The notes below the pieces were generated by a model. It did no database searches and was not told the origin of the DNA. It saw only the letters and a list, made by a program, of their open reading frames with translations. The position numbers and the translations under genes are program-made. This document shows positions 17,745 to 26,452 of a stretch of DNA of 64,000 bases, piece after piece (the first letter of the stretch is position 1; the number at the start of each line of letters is the position of its first letter). Origin of the DNA: a virus (lineage: Duplodnaviria; Caudoviricetes); IMG/VR virus record IMGVR_UViG_3300047447_000196, positions 10,270-74,269 of that record, one strand, 5' to 3'.

Positions 17745-18217
17745 AAAAGCGAAACCCGGAAGTCTGGCACCGTCTAACCAGTACGCACTCCAGCATGGAC
17801 GACATGATCGCCCGCTACGGCTGGGCCGTGCAGGGCGTGTTCGGCAGCGATACCAGCCCGACGTTCAGCTACACGGTCGGGCTGGCCGCGAAGGGCCTGC
17901 CCGAGATCGTGGTGTTCGGCCTGCCGGCGCAGGTTGCGCACCAGTTCCTGAACGACCTGGGCCGGCGCTTCACCAGCACCGGCGTGCCGCCGCTGGACAC
18001 CGACCTGACCGATATCGCCGAGGACTACCCGGCCCGGCTGGTGCCGGTGCCCCGCGCCGAGGCCGACAAGTACATGTTCGCCACCAAGCACCGCTACCCG
18101 GCCTACACGGCGGTGCAGCTCGTTTGGGTGGACACGAACAGCCTGTTTCCCTGGGAGTCGGGGTTCGATCCCGACCTCGCCCTGAAACAGCCGATCCTGC
18201 GGGACCGGCTTCACTGA
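17741..18217 (+). CDS. DUF4262-family protein
   Basis: IARYGWAVQGV...FSYTVGL...GLPEIVVFGL...QLVWVD...FPWE. Confidence 0.85.
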   Translation: MKKRNPEVWHRLTSTHSSMDDMIARYGWAVQGVFGSDTSPTFSYTVGLAAKGLPEIVVFGLPAQVAHQFLNDLGRRFTSTGVPPLDTDLTDIAEDYPARLVPVPRAEADKYMFATKHRYPAYTAVQLVWVDTNSLFPWESGFDPDLALKQPILRDRLH

Positions 18218-18229
18218 AAGGAGCAAGCC

Positions 18230-18580
18230 ATGAACGACTCGATCACGCGGCTCGACTACTTCGCCGCCCATGCGCCGACGGCGATTCCCGACTGGTTCAA
18301 GCCCGAAGAACCGGAGTACAACGGCCCGGCCTACCCCACCCTTCCCGCCGGCATCCCGGAGGAGGACCGCAAGATGATCGCAAGCTGGGAGAGGGACCCC
18401 TGCTTCGACCTCGACGGCGAATACGCATGGTTCCAGCAGGACGTTGAAGCCTACCGGGCGGCGATGAGGGATCACAAGGAGCGGATCGCGGTGGAGCGCT
18501 ATCTGCGGTGGCCGTGGGCCTACGCGAAAAGCATGCTGCTCTGGTGCGACGTCTACACCGTCCAGAAGGAGCCGTCATGA
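18230..18580 (+). CDS. Hypothetical phage protein (116 aa)
   Basis: AAGGAG RBS; LDYFAAHAP..IPDWF...WPWAYA motif typical of phage hypotheticals. Confidence 0.75.
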   Translation: MNDSITRLDYFAAHAPTAIPDWFKPEEPEYNGPAYPTLPAGIPEEDRKMIASWERDPCFDLDGEYAWFQQDVEAYRAAMRDHKERIAVERYLRWPWAYAKSMLLWCDVYTVQKEPS

Positions 18581-18792
18581 GCCAATCCCTCGTCACCATC
18601 ACGGCCACGATGGAGGACCCGGTGGCGTGGGAGCTGGCGCAGTTCTGCAAGCGCAGCACCTTCGACATCTTCTACGACCTGACCGAAGCCCACCTGAGCC
18701 ACGACGAGCGAACCGCCCTCGCCTACCGCATGATTCGCGGGATCGAGCTGGTCCAGCGCGCCCTGGCCGAGCAGGGCTATTCACCACGCTAA
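18577..18792 (+). CDS. Conserved small mobile-element protein (71 aa; LAQFCKR...ALAEQGYSPR)
   Basis: ATGA overlap, AAGGAG RBS. Confidence 0.75.
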   Translation: MSQSLVTITATMEDPVAWELAQFCKRSTFDIFYDLTEAHLSHDERTALAYRMIRGIELVQRALAEQGYSPR

Positions 18793-18804
18793 CAGGAGAA
18801 CAAC

Positions 18805-19365
18805 ATGACTTCAATTCTGACCATCAAGGGTTCGACCAGCACGCAGCAGATCGAGGACGCGATCCCCTACACCGACATGCGCCGCCACGCCATCGAGCGC
18901 CGCGACGACGCCGCCGCAGTGATCGCCGAGCAGGGCGACCAGGACGTGCTGGAACTGCACCAGATCGACGGCGTCGATGTGCTGTACTCGCCGACCTTCG
19001 GCTACGCCTACGTCAACGCGCAGTCGGGCGGCATCGGCGACAGCATGGTGATCGACAACGGCGAAGCCGCGTCAGCCGAACATGCCGCCCTGGTCTGGCA
19101 AACCCGGAACGCCCCGGAAGGCGCCATCTTTGAATTCACATGGCGCAACAAGTTCCTCTGCACCGACGTCGAGAGCATTGGAGGGTTCCGCGACAAGCTG
19201 GCCGAGGCCGTCGCCACACTTGACCGCTGGATGGCCGCTGGCGTAACCCTTGACGAGTTCAGTGGCATCGAGGACGACTACGCCACCTTCCAGACCACGA
19301 ACAAGGAGTTCGCGCTGGCAGAAGGCTTTCATCTGGCCCAACCGGATGAGGAGGACGACGACTGA
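18805..19365 (+). CDS. Acidic hypothetical protein (186 aa)
   Basis: AGGAG RBS; last gene before the terminator. Confidence 0.75.
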   Translation: MTSILTIKGSTSTQQIEDAIPYTDMRRHAIERRDDAAAVIAEQGDQDVLELHQIDGVDVLYSPTFGYAYVNAQSGGIGDSMVIDNGEAASAEHAALVWQTRNAPEGAIFEFTWRNKFLCTDVESIGGFRDKLAEAVATLDRWMAAGVTLDEFSGIEDDYATFQTTNKEFALAEGFHLAQPDEEDDD

Positions 19366-19383
19366 ACCGCCCCGCTCCGTGTG

Positions 19384-19407
19384 AAGCCGCCTGCGGGCGG
19401 CTTTTTT
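19384..19407 (+). terminator. Rho-independent terminator ending the radC island
   Basis: AAGCCGCC-TGCG-GGCGGCTT followed by a T-run, between convergent genes. Confidence 0.85.
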
Positions 19408-19729
19408 ACGTCCGCAGCCGGCCAACGCAGGGCATGTCCCACTGCGCGCGCAGGCCCTCGCCGGCATCGGCGACGATCCGGGCCACATAGCGCGCCCCTT
19501 CCACCAGGGCGAGCGTGAACGGCAGCGTGGCGCGGTAGACGCCGTTCGAGTCGGCCAGGTACGGCATGGCGAGGGGCCAGTCGGTCCCGGCCACAGGCAG
19601 GCCGGCGGCATCGTACAGCGCGACCGATATATTCGCATCGGTCACGTACTCGCCGCTGGTCTCGTTCTTCAGGCCCGTCACATCGACGATGCTGTTGTTG
19701 CCTAGATAAAGGATGTGGATCGTGCTCAT
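19406..19729 (-). CDS. Probable virion structural protein (107 aa, beta-sandwich-like)
   Basis: Beta-rich; coupled to the upstream fibre-like gene. Confidence 0.65.
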   Translation of the reverse strand: MSTIHILYLGNNSIVDVTGLKNETSGEYVTDANISVALYDAAGLPVAGTDWPLAMPYLADSNGVYRATLPFTLALVEGARYVARIVADAGEGLRAQWDMPCVGRLRT

Positions 19730-22203
19730 CAGTCGGGCCTCAAGTCAGCGCGCCCGGACAGGACGGCGCGCACGCGGGTCGGCGCGTCGAGCGCAGTATG
19801 GAGTTCGGTCGTACCGGCCAGCACCGGGTGCAGGCGCTTCGCCCCCAGCGTGAGCGAGCCGGGCTTCGGCACGTAGTGTTCCAGCACGCCGCGCGCGCTT
19901 TGCCGGTCCTGGGCGGTCTGGACGGCCACGTCCACGCCGACCACCAGCAGGTTGCCGTCGCCGATGTGCTGGACCTGCCCGAGCTGGATCTGGCTGTCCG
20001 CTGCCACGCCCGCCTGCAGGGCGCTGGTCTGCCCCTGCATGGTGGAGGCCGGCGCATCCGACGACAGGCCGAGCACGCCACCTGTGACCTGCGCCTGCCC
20101 GCTCTCGACCGTGTTGACGGCCTCGGCGCGCGCCTGGGCGCGCACGCGCTGGCGGTGGCCGGTGAAGGCGCTGGCTTCGATGGAGACCGCGCATTCCGCG
20201 GCGGCGCCCTGGCCCTGCCCGGTCGCCACGACGGTCGGGCTGTCCACCCCGGCCACGGCAGTGACTTGCTGGCCCTGCAGGGTCATCACCTCGGCGACGT
20301 AGGCGCTGGCAATGGCCGCGCTGGTGCGCTGGGCGCTGGCGGTGCCGGCGCTGGCGTCGAGGCTCAGGCCGAGCTGGCCGATGGCCGACTGTGCCTGGGC
20401 GCTCGTGGCGCTGGCGTCGAGGCTGACTTCGGCGGCAACTGCTGCCTGCTGGGCCTGCGAGGATGCCGCGCTGGCGGCAGCGGAGACGCCGGCCTCGGCA
20501 GTGCTGGTCTGGCCCTGGCTGGTGGCGGTCTGGCCCGGCTGGAACACGTTGGCCTGCGCGCTGCTGCTCTGGCCCTGCGCGGTGGCGGCGTTGGCGACCA
20601 GTCGGGCGCCGGCGGTGGCGGCTGCGTGCTGGCCTTGCGCGCTCGTGATCGCGGAACCGGCCCCGACCGATGCGGCGGCGCTGCTTTCCTGCGCCTGCCG
20701 GGTGCGGCCGGCCAGGCCGGTCTGGTCGGTGAGCGATGCCACGCCCATCACGCGCCGCCCGTACCCGTCGCCGGTGTAGGAGACCGGGGTCGATGCCAGG
20801 ACCGCGTTGTTGATCCGGTAGCCGTCGCAGCCGTAGCCGCCCTCGGCCTGCGTGACCGTGAACGCCGGGCTGATGGACGAGATGTAGTCGCCCCAGTCCG
20901 TCGTCGCCGCCATCGCCATGAAGCCTGCGCCGCTGGTGGCGATCGCCGGGGTGGCGATGGTGTAGCTTTCGGCGGTGTTGATCTTCGTTGCCGAGGCGTC
21001 GATCTGGGCAAGGCTCGGCGACTGGACGTAGTAGACGACCTGGTAGCGCGGGCCGAGGGTGACGCCGAATTCGACCGTGATGACGTTGGCTGTTGCCGCC
21101 GGCACGTTCAGCGCGGCGTACCAGCTGACCGACGCGCCGTGGCCGGCCACGTCCGCCACGCTGGTGATGAGCTGGTAGGTGTTGCCGGCGGTGTCCGTCA
21201 CCGACTGTGGCGTGTACCACATGCGGTTGTAGACGCCGACCAGGATCTGGGTGCCGTCCGCCACGTCGCGCGCCGGCATCACCGACTGCGTGTAGGTGTA
21301 GTCGTCGTCTTCCTGGAATACCCGATCCAGCAGCACCCACGGCGTGACCGCGCTGGCCTGCGCGCTGCTGCCCTGCGCCTGGCTGGTGCTGGCGCTGGTG
21401 GCCGAGCTGACGCTGGCGCTGGCCGCGCCGTGCTGGCCCTGGCTGGTGGCGACGCTGGCGCTGACGCCAGTCGAGGCTGCGGCGCTGGCGGTCTGGCCTT
21501 GGCGGGTGGTGGCGACGACATCGCCGACACTGGTTGCGGCGGCGCTGGCGCTGCTGCTCTGCCCCTGGCTGGTGGTGACAGTTGCCGTCACGACGTTACT
21601 GCTGGAGAACGCCTTGACCTGCCCCACCGCCGACCAGCTCTCGTTGGCGCGGGTGTACTTCGTGGTCCAGGTCGAGCCGTCGTCCGAATACTGGAGCTGG
21701 AAGTCCTTCGGCGATTCACCCGGTTGCCAGCAGGTCAGCGCGAATTCGACGACATCCTTGGCGTTGCCCGCGCCGAAGTCGTAGCCGATCCACTGCGGCA
21801 ACGCAAAGGTGCCCTGGTTGATGTACCAGGTGGTGCTGGTCGTGTCGTCGAACGCCTTCGCCGCCTCGAAGCCGCCGGTCTGGTTCGAGTAGATTGCCGT
21901 GCCGCCGACGCACTGGTCGGCCCCGCCGACACTCGCGCGGAACTCAATCTCGGACGTGTCCAGGTGGGGCGTGCCGGTGGCCGCCGTGATGTAGACGCGC
22001 CAGTAGCGGTGCGGGGTCACACCGGGGCTGGCGCTGCTCTGCGCCTGGCTGGTGGCGACAGTGGCGCTGATGCCGGTCGCGCCGACGGCCGCGCTGGACT
22101 GGGCCTGGGAGGTGGTTCCGGTCGGACTGCCCGAGGTCGATGCTGTAAGGCCTGGCTGCGCCCCGATAGGTGATTCTGAAAGGGCGCTATGACCTAACGG
22201 CAC
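19729..22203 (-). CDS. Virion fibre-like protein (824 aa): ~20 TxQ(A/G)Q repeats, discoidin/F5-8-like carbohydrate-binding domain and a second beta domain
   Basis: HRYWRVYI..EIEF...AFD....W...PQWIGYDFG...SPKDFQLQYSDDGSTWT is discoidin-like; 20-aa periodic Ala/Ser/Gln repeats. Confidence 0.8.
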   Translation of the reverse strand: MPLGHSALSESPIGAQPGLTASTSGSPTGTTSQAQSSAAVGATGISATVATSQAQSSASPGVTPHRYWRVYITAATGTPHLDTSEIEFRASVGGADQCVGGTAIYSNQTGGFEAAKAFDDTTSTTWYINQGTFALPQWIGYDFGAGNAKDVVEFALTCWQPGESPKDFQLQYSDDGSTWTTKYTRANESWSAVGQVKAFSSSNVVTATVTTSQGQSSSASAAATSVGDVVATTRQGQTASAAASTGVSASVATSQGQHGAASASVSSATSASTSQAQGSSAQASAVTPWVLLDRVFQEDDDYTYTQSVMPARDVADGTQILVGVYNRMWYTPQSVTDTAGNTYQLITSVADVAGHGASVSWYAALNVPAATANVITVEFGVTLGPRYQVVYYVQSPSLAQIDASATKINTAESYTIATPAIATSGAGFMAMAATTDWGDYISSISPAFTVTQAEGGYGCDGYRINNAVLASTPVSYTGDGYGRRVMGVASLTDQTGLAGRTRQAQESSAAASVGAGSAITSAQGQHAAATAGARLVANAATAQGQSSSAQANVFQPGQTATSQGQTSTAEAGVSAAASAASSQAQQAAVAAEVSLDASATSAQAQSAIGQLGLSLDASAGTASAQRTSAAIASAYVAEVMTLQGQQVTAVAGVDSPTVVATGQGQGAAAECAVSIEASAFTGHRQRVRAQARAEAVNTVESGQAQVTGGVLGLSSDAPASTMQGQTSALQAGVAADSQIQLGQVQHIGDGNLLVVGVDVAVQTAQDRQSARGVLEHYVPKPGSLTLGAKRLHPVLAGTTELHTALDAPTRVRAVLSGRADLRPD

Positions 22204-22215
22204 GTCAGTCTCCTA

Positions 22216-24042
22216 TCATGCCCACTCGTACTGGACTTCGCTGCTACCGTAACTGCCAGAACCAGCAATATTCAGGGTAGTTGAGGTAGTCAGCACCTGA
22301 ACATCCAGTACGTCGCCGGCCGCTACAGTGATCCACCCGCTGCTGATGGTGTTGCCGGTCTCGTCAACTCCAAACAGCGCATTGAATCGGAAGGCAACGT
22401 TGTTTTTACTGAGGCGGTGATACCTGCTACCAGTATTGTTCCCGGCCCACACGATGTAACTCGTGATGCGAACCCTGGTGTATCCGGTCGGGACGGTGAC
22501 TTGGGTCGGGGTAGAGGACGAGAACGCACCAACATCATCCTGCACGTTCGTATCGTACGAAACCTTGACCCAGGTGCCTTGCGTGATGGACTGGCTGGCG
22601 GCCAGCTTCAGGGTCGTGAGAGCAGGCAGGGTCGTATTTTTCCATGCGCTACCAACGTAGGCATAGAGAGCCTTTTTCGTCGAGTCGTAGACCATCGGGA
22701 CCGTCCCGACAGGGACGCTGGCGGGCGTGCCGGTCGGCGTGCCCGCGCAAGTCGGCAGGCAGGTAAAGCCGCCGATCGCGGTCGTCGCCAGCGCCGCGCC
22801 GGAGCCGTTGAGGACGACATTACCCGGCGTGCCGGTTCCGGTTGCCGCGCCGGGGGTCAGGGTGACGGAGCCGCCGTTCTTGTTCGTGCCAACACCCGCC
22901 GCGCCCGCAATGGCGACGGCGCCGCCATTGCCCGCCTGCGGTGCGCCGCCAGTGATGGTGACATTGCCGCCTGCGCCTGCGACATTGCCGCCCTGCCCGC
23001 CAGTGACCGTGACGGAACCGCCGCCAGCCGATTGCTGGTTTCCGCCTGCGTCACCACCCTTGACAGTCACGTTGCCCGGCACGGTCGTACCACCAACCGT
23101 GCTTTGGGTGGAGTTGCCGCCACGGATCGTTACGCTGCCGCCGCCGTTCTGGTTGCCACCGTCCCCACCACGAACGATGGCTTGACCGGGAATGATGGTA
23201 TCGCCACCAGCCACCAGCGCCGCCCCCCCCGAACCACCGGTGCTGCCTGTGCCACCCTGCACGGTTGCCTGTCCACCTTGCTGGCTAATGCCGACGCCAC
23301 CGAGCAGCTTTACCTGCCCGGCACCATTATCATTACCAATCGTGATCGTGCCTGCCGCGCTGAAGTAGGAGGAACCGCATTTGATCGTGATGTCGCCACC
23401 AGCAGCACCCGCACTGTTACCGGAGAAGCCGGACTGGATGGTGATGCTGCCGCCCCTGCCGCCGCCAGCGCTGGCATCAGCGCCGTAGAGGTAGAGGTTG
23501 CCTTGCCAGCTGGCGCCGTTGCCGACACCGGACTTGATCGTGACATCGCCACCCTGCCCGGACGAGGAACCGCCCGATCCACCCTGCACCGTGAGCGAGG
23601 TGCCGGTACTGGTGGTCGACGACGGGGCCAGGCCTTGCAGCCTGGCGCTGCCGCTGGCGGGGCCGACGTAGAGGATGTTGTTCACCCTGTCCCACGTCAG
23701 GTTCGTCGGATCGGCCAGCAGGCCCGCCTGCGATGCGGCCAGGTCGATCCAGACCTGCTTGGTGCCCGCAGCAAAGTTGACGGCGGCCCCCGCATTGCTG
23801 GAGGCCAGCACGGTCGTGCGGGTGAGGGTGTTGGCAGCCGAATAGGTGCCGAGACCGACTTCCCAGTCCCCGGTCGGTGCGCCACCGCTGTCTACCGCCT
23901 GGATGCAGTAGTAGCAGGTATCGTTCACCGAACACGCGCTGGAGAACGCCGAGAAGCCGGTCATGGCCCCGGACAGGGCCAGCGCGCCGGTGCCTGTGGT
24001 GGCAGTCGTTTCCTTGACCCTATCCTTGATCTGCAAAGTCAT
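22216..24042 (-). CDS. Tail fibre protein (608 aa) with glycine-rich repeats and a C-terminal jelly-roll-like tip
   Basis: N-terminal DRVKETT.TTGTG...WEVG.GT...TL.RTTVLASSN.G..V.F.AGTK.V anchor typical of phage fibres; about 12 GG(S/D/N)(V/I)T(I/L)xGG repeats. Confidence 0.85.
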   Translation of the reverse strand: MTLQIKDRVKETTATTGTGALALSGAMTGFSAFSSACSVNDTCYYCIQAVDSGGAPTGDWEVGLGTYSAANTLTRTTVLASSNAGAAVNFAAGTKQVWIDLAASQAGLLADPTNLTWDRVNNILYVGPASGSARLQGLAPSSTTSTGTSLTVQGGSGGSSSGQGGDVTIKSGVGNGASWQGNLYLYGADASAGGGRGGSITIQSGFSGNSAGAAGGDITIKCGSSYFSAAGTITIGNDNGAGQVKLLGGVGISQQGGQATVQGGTGSTGGSGGAALVAGGDTIIPGQAIVRGGDGGNQNGGGSVTIRGGNSTQSTVGGTTVPGNVTVKGGDAGGNQQSAGGGSVTVTGGQGGNVAGAGGNVTITGGAPQAGNGGAVAIAGAAGVGTNKNGGSVTLTPGAATGTGTPGNVVLNGSGAALATTAIGGFTCLPTCAGTPTGTPASVPVGTVPMVYDSTKKALYAYVGSAWKNTTLPALTTLKLAASQSITQGTWVKVSYDTNVQDDVGAFSSSTPTQVTVPTGYTRVRITSYIVWAGNNTGSRYHRLSKNNVAFRFNALFGVDETGNTISSGWITVAAGDVLDVQVLTTSTTLNIAGSGSYGSSEVQYEWA

Positions 24043-24089
24043 GCCCTGCCACCCATTTCTTCAGTTGTTACATAGGAAACGATAGTTTC

Positions 24090-24509
24090 CTACAGGCCAC
24101 TCGAACTGTTGAGCACGTCGTGGGTAAACGACGAACAGCTGACGGTCTGGCCGGCGCTGATCGAGGTGGTGGCGATGATCATGTTGCTGGCGCTGGTGCC
24201 GACCGAGCCGTCCATCACGACGGTGGTGCCGTCGCTCTTGAAGGCGCGAAAGAAGGTCGCGGTGCCGGTGGCGTCGGCCGACGAGTCGGCGGTGATCGCG
24301 TTGAAGGTGATGAGGCCGCCCGAGGCTGCCGGCGCGGCGGTCGCCGAGAAGCGCAGCTCGGCCAGCAGGGTGTTGCCGGACAGCGCGGTGTTGGCGGTGG
24401 CCGGCTGGGTGCCGGAATAGATGCGCAGGTAGCCGTTGCCCAGCAGTGCCGACAGGGCGTCGGCCTGGGCGTTGACGGTGGCGTCAGCCAGTTGGGTGTT
24501 CATTGCCAT
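24090..24509 (-). CDS. Conserved phage structural protein (139 aa, MAMNTQLADATVNAQADA...)
   Basis: G.LRIYSGTQPA.A.....GTLLAEL...ADA.GTATFFR...VMDGSVG motif seen in fibre-associated proteins; AAGGAG RBS. Confidence 0.8.
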   Translation of the reverse strand: MAMNTQLADATVNAQADALSALLGNGYLRIYSGTQPATANTALSGNTLLAELRFSATAAPAASGGLITFNAITADSSADATGTATFFRAFKSDGTTVVMDGSVGTSASNMIIATTSISAGQTVSCSSFTHDVLNSSSGL

Positions 24510-24551
24510 GATGGATCTCCTTGCCAGCGCCTGGGCTGGACAGTCAAGACG

Positions 24552-24577
24552 AAAAAAAACCCGCCGGTGGGCGGGTT
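24552..24577 (-). terminator. Rho-independent terminator early in the late operon
   Basis: Minus strand AACCCGCC-CACC-GGCGGGTT followed by a T-run (8 T in total). Confidence 0.8.
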
Positions 24578-24643
24578 GTAGAAAAAGGTTGCGGATGACG
24601 GGCCGGCGCCAAGCGCCGGGGCGGCCCCGTACCTCCGCAGAAA

Positions 24644-24919
24644 TCAGTCGGCGGCTTCGGTGAAGGTGACGTAATACTTCTTGCCGACGGCGAGCTTGTC
24701 GATGACGGCCTGGTTCATGATCGTCGCCTCGAAGCTGGCGCATGGGGTCCAGTGGCCGAAGATGGCGTTTTCGCTCATCGCCTGGTTCTCGCTGGACCCT
24801 TCCCATACGGCGCCGAAGCGCACCTGGTTGCAGGGCAGCTGGTTGTTGTCCTTGTCAAAGCCGTGGCCGCGCGGGCCGATGAAGTTGAGTTGCAGCTTGC
24901 AGACCATGACATCGCTCAT
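24644..24919 (-). CDS. Conserved phage hypothetical protein (91 aa; ENAIFGHWTP...KYYVTFT)
   Basis: GAGGA RBS; EN..F...TP motif family. Confidence 0.8.
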   Translation of the reverse strand: MSDVMVCKLQLNFIGPRGHGFDKDNNQLPCNQVRFGAVWEGSSENQAMSENAIFGHWTPCASFEATIMNQAVIDKLAVGKKYYVTFTEAAD

Positions 24920-25150
24920 GATGTTTCCTCTATATATAGACAGGGATAGAGGGGCTGGGTCTTACAGTCTTGCACCCCGAAATTTAATCTTGGTAACTAC
25001 AGGGCGGGTGGCGGGGAGCGAGGGTCGCCGTCCGCTGCTGCACGGTTTGTCGCTGACACCCCGAATAACGCCGGGTGTTTCGCCCGAGTTATGCTGTTTC
25101 AAAAGGGCCAGTGTTCAGCCATTACAACCCAATTGCCCAGCAGTGCCGCT

Positions 25151-25179
25151 AGGATACGAAACAAGGGCGCGCAATTCAA
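25151..25179 (-). promoter_or_regulatory. Candidate late promoter (pR'-like)
   Basis: Minus strand TTGAAT (25179-25174), 17 bp, TATCCT (25156-25151), overlapping the stop of the Q-like gene. Confidence 0.6.
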
Positions 25180-25694
25180 GCCATTTTTACCTCGGCGTCC
25201 TCGCGGTCGCTGCGCAGCTTCTTGTTGGCGCGGAACATTCCGCGGCGTTCGTACGCTTCCAGTTCCTCGACCATGTCGAGCACGTAGTCGCGGATCGTCT
25301 TGTCGCAGCGCAGCTCGGCCTTGCCAGTGCCCTGGCACAGCGGGCAATCGCGCTCGGACAGCACCGGCGCGCCCAGCTCCTTGACCTTGCCGTGCCCGGT
25401 GCAGGCCGGGCACACCGAATTGAGCCAGTAGCGCAGCGAGAAGTGCGCCACCGAGTCGACCCGGACGTGTTCCGGCCAGCTGCGCAGCCCGGCCTTGCGC
25501 GACACCATCCAGGTCCACTCGTCGAGGGTGCGCCGGTAGCTGGGCGCGTCCAGCGCGTATTTCAGGCGGATGATCTTGGAACTGAACCCGCCGGCCAGCG
25601 CGACCGCCATCAGCACCTCGGGCGCGGTATGCAGCGCGTCGTTGCGCAGGTTGCCGGACAGGGTCGCGCAGGCGTAGCGTTCGGCCAGGGACAT
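25176..25694 (-). CDS. Antitermination protein Q-like, zinc-finger type
   Basis: CPACTGHG...CPLCQGTG zinc finger; last early gene before the late promoter and structural genes. Confidence 0.7.
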   Translation of the reverse strand: MSLAERYACATLSGNLRNDALHTAPEVLMAVALAGGFSSKIIRLKYALDAPSYRRTLDEWTWMVSRKAGLRSWPEHVRVDSVAHFSLRYWLNSVCPACTGHGKVKELGAPVLSERDCPLCQGTGKAELRCDKTIRDYVLDMVEELEAYERRGMFRANKKLRSDREDAEVKMA

Positions 25695-25704
25695 GGGATC
25701 TTCC

Positions 25705-25896
25705 TCAGACGAGTTTCAGGGTATTGAGGACATGGTCGATGGCGCGGTCGACCTGCTGCGGGGTCGGATTGCCGCCGATGATCGGGTCGATCAGGGCGGC
25801 GATCTCGTCCTGGCGCTCCTCGCTGGCGCACAGCATCAGGCGCAGCATGCGGTAGCGCCTGGCATCGCGCTCGTTCTCTTGGGCTTGGGTAATCAC
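25705..25896 (-). CDS. Small hypothetical protein (63 aa, DARRYR motif)
   Basis: ORF track; DAxRYR motif common in phage small proteins. Confidence 0.6.
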   Translation of the reverse strand: MITQAQENERDARRYRMLRLMLCASEERQDEIAALIDPIIGGNPTPQQVDRAIDHVLNTLKLV

Positions 25897-26237
25897 TTGG
25901 TCTCCAGGATGTCGATGTTGTACTTGTGCTTCATCAGGTGCCGCTTAATTCTGTAGACGGGAGTCAACATTCCTTTGACGTCCTCGATCACCTGGCGGCC
26001 CTCGGCGGTCAGGTAGGCAAAATCGGCCACGTAGCGGATCGCCGGGGTGGCGCGCTTCGATCCCAGCAAACGCACCGGCGGCACCAGCTCGAACGACACC
26101 TGGCGGCGCAGCTGCGAGATCTGGCCGTCCTCCTCCTGCAGGCGCAGCACCAGGTAGCGCCGCGCCTCGGCCTGCGAGTCGAACAGGACGCCGTTCACCT
26201 CGGTACGCTTGTTGCGGTACTTGGGCTGGCGCATCAA
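25893..26237 (-). CDS. DUF1064-family endonuclease (putative Holliday junction resolvase-like)
   Basis: KYRNKRT...FDSQAEARRY..L...ISQL..Q..FEL...YVADF.Y...VIEDVKG. Confidence 0.9.
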   Translation of the reverse strand: MMRQPKYRNKRTEVNGVLFDSQAEARRYLVLRLQEEDGQISQLRRQVSFELVPPVRLLGSKRATPAIRYVADFAYLTAEGRQVIEDVKGMLTPVYRIKRHLMKHKYNIDILETK

Positions 26238-26452
26238 TAGTCCTCCCCTGCCAGGCGCCGGAAGCGCGCCGTCGGCAGGACCACCACCTCGGCCAGCTGG
26301 CGCGGCTGCTTGAGGCGCTGTTCGCGGCGGTTGATCTCGGCGATCGCGCGGGTTCTGGCGCGGGCGCGCACGCTCGGGTCGCTCGACATGGCCTCGGCCA
26401 GGTTGCGCGCTTGCCGGGCGGCGCGCACCCTGGCGATCTGGATCACGCCCAT
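26234..26452 (-). CDS. Basic hypothetical protein (72 aa)
   Basis: Overlapping start and stop with neighbours. Confidence 0.55.
   Translation of the reverse strand: MGVIQIARVRAARQARNLAEAMSSDPSVRARARTRAIAEINRREQRLKQPRQLAEVVVLPTARFRRLAGEDY

Noticed and set aside
19729-24042. Diversity-generating retroelement acting on the fibres
   Set aside because: No reverse transcriptase and no TR/VR pair with adenine-specific mismatches was seen.
19745-24075. ORFs 19745..21340 (-), 19798..22173 (+) and 22417..24075 (+)
   Set aside because: Shadow frames of the two fibre genes.
24920-25150. Late leader as a tRNA or c-di-GMP riboswitch
   Set aside because: No cloverleaf or T-loop consensus and no convincing GEMM motif; kept only as a structured leader.
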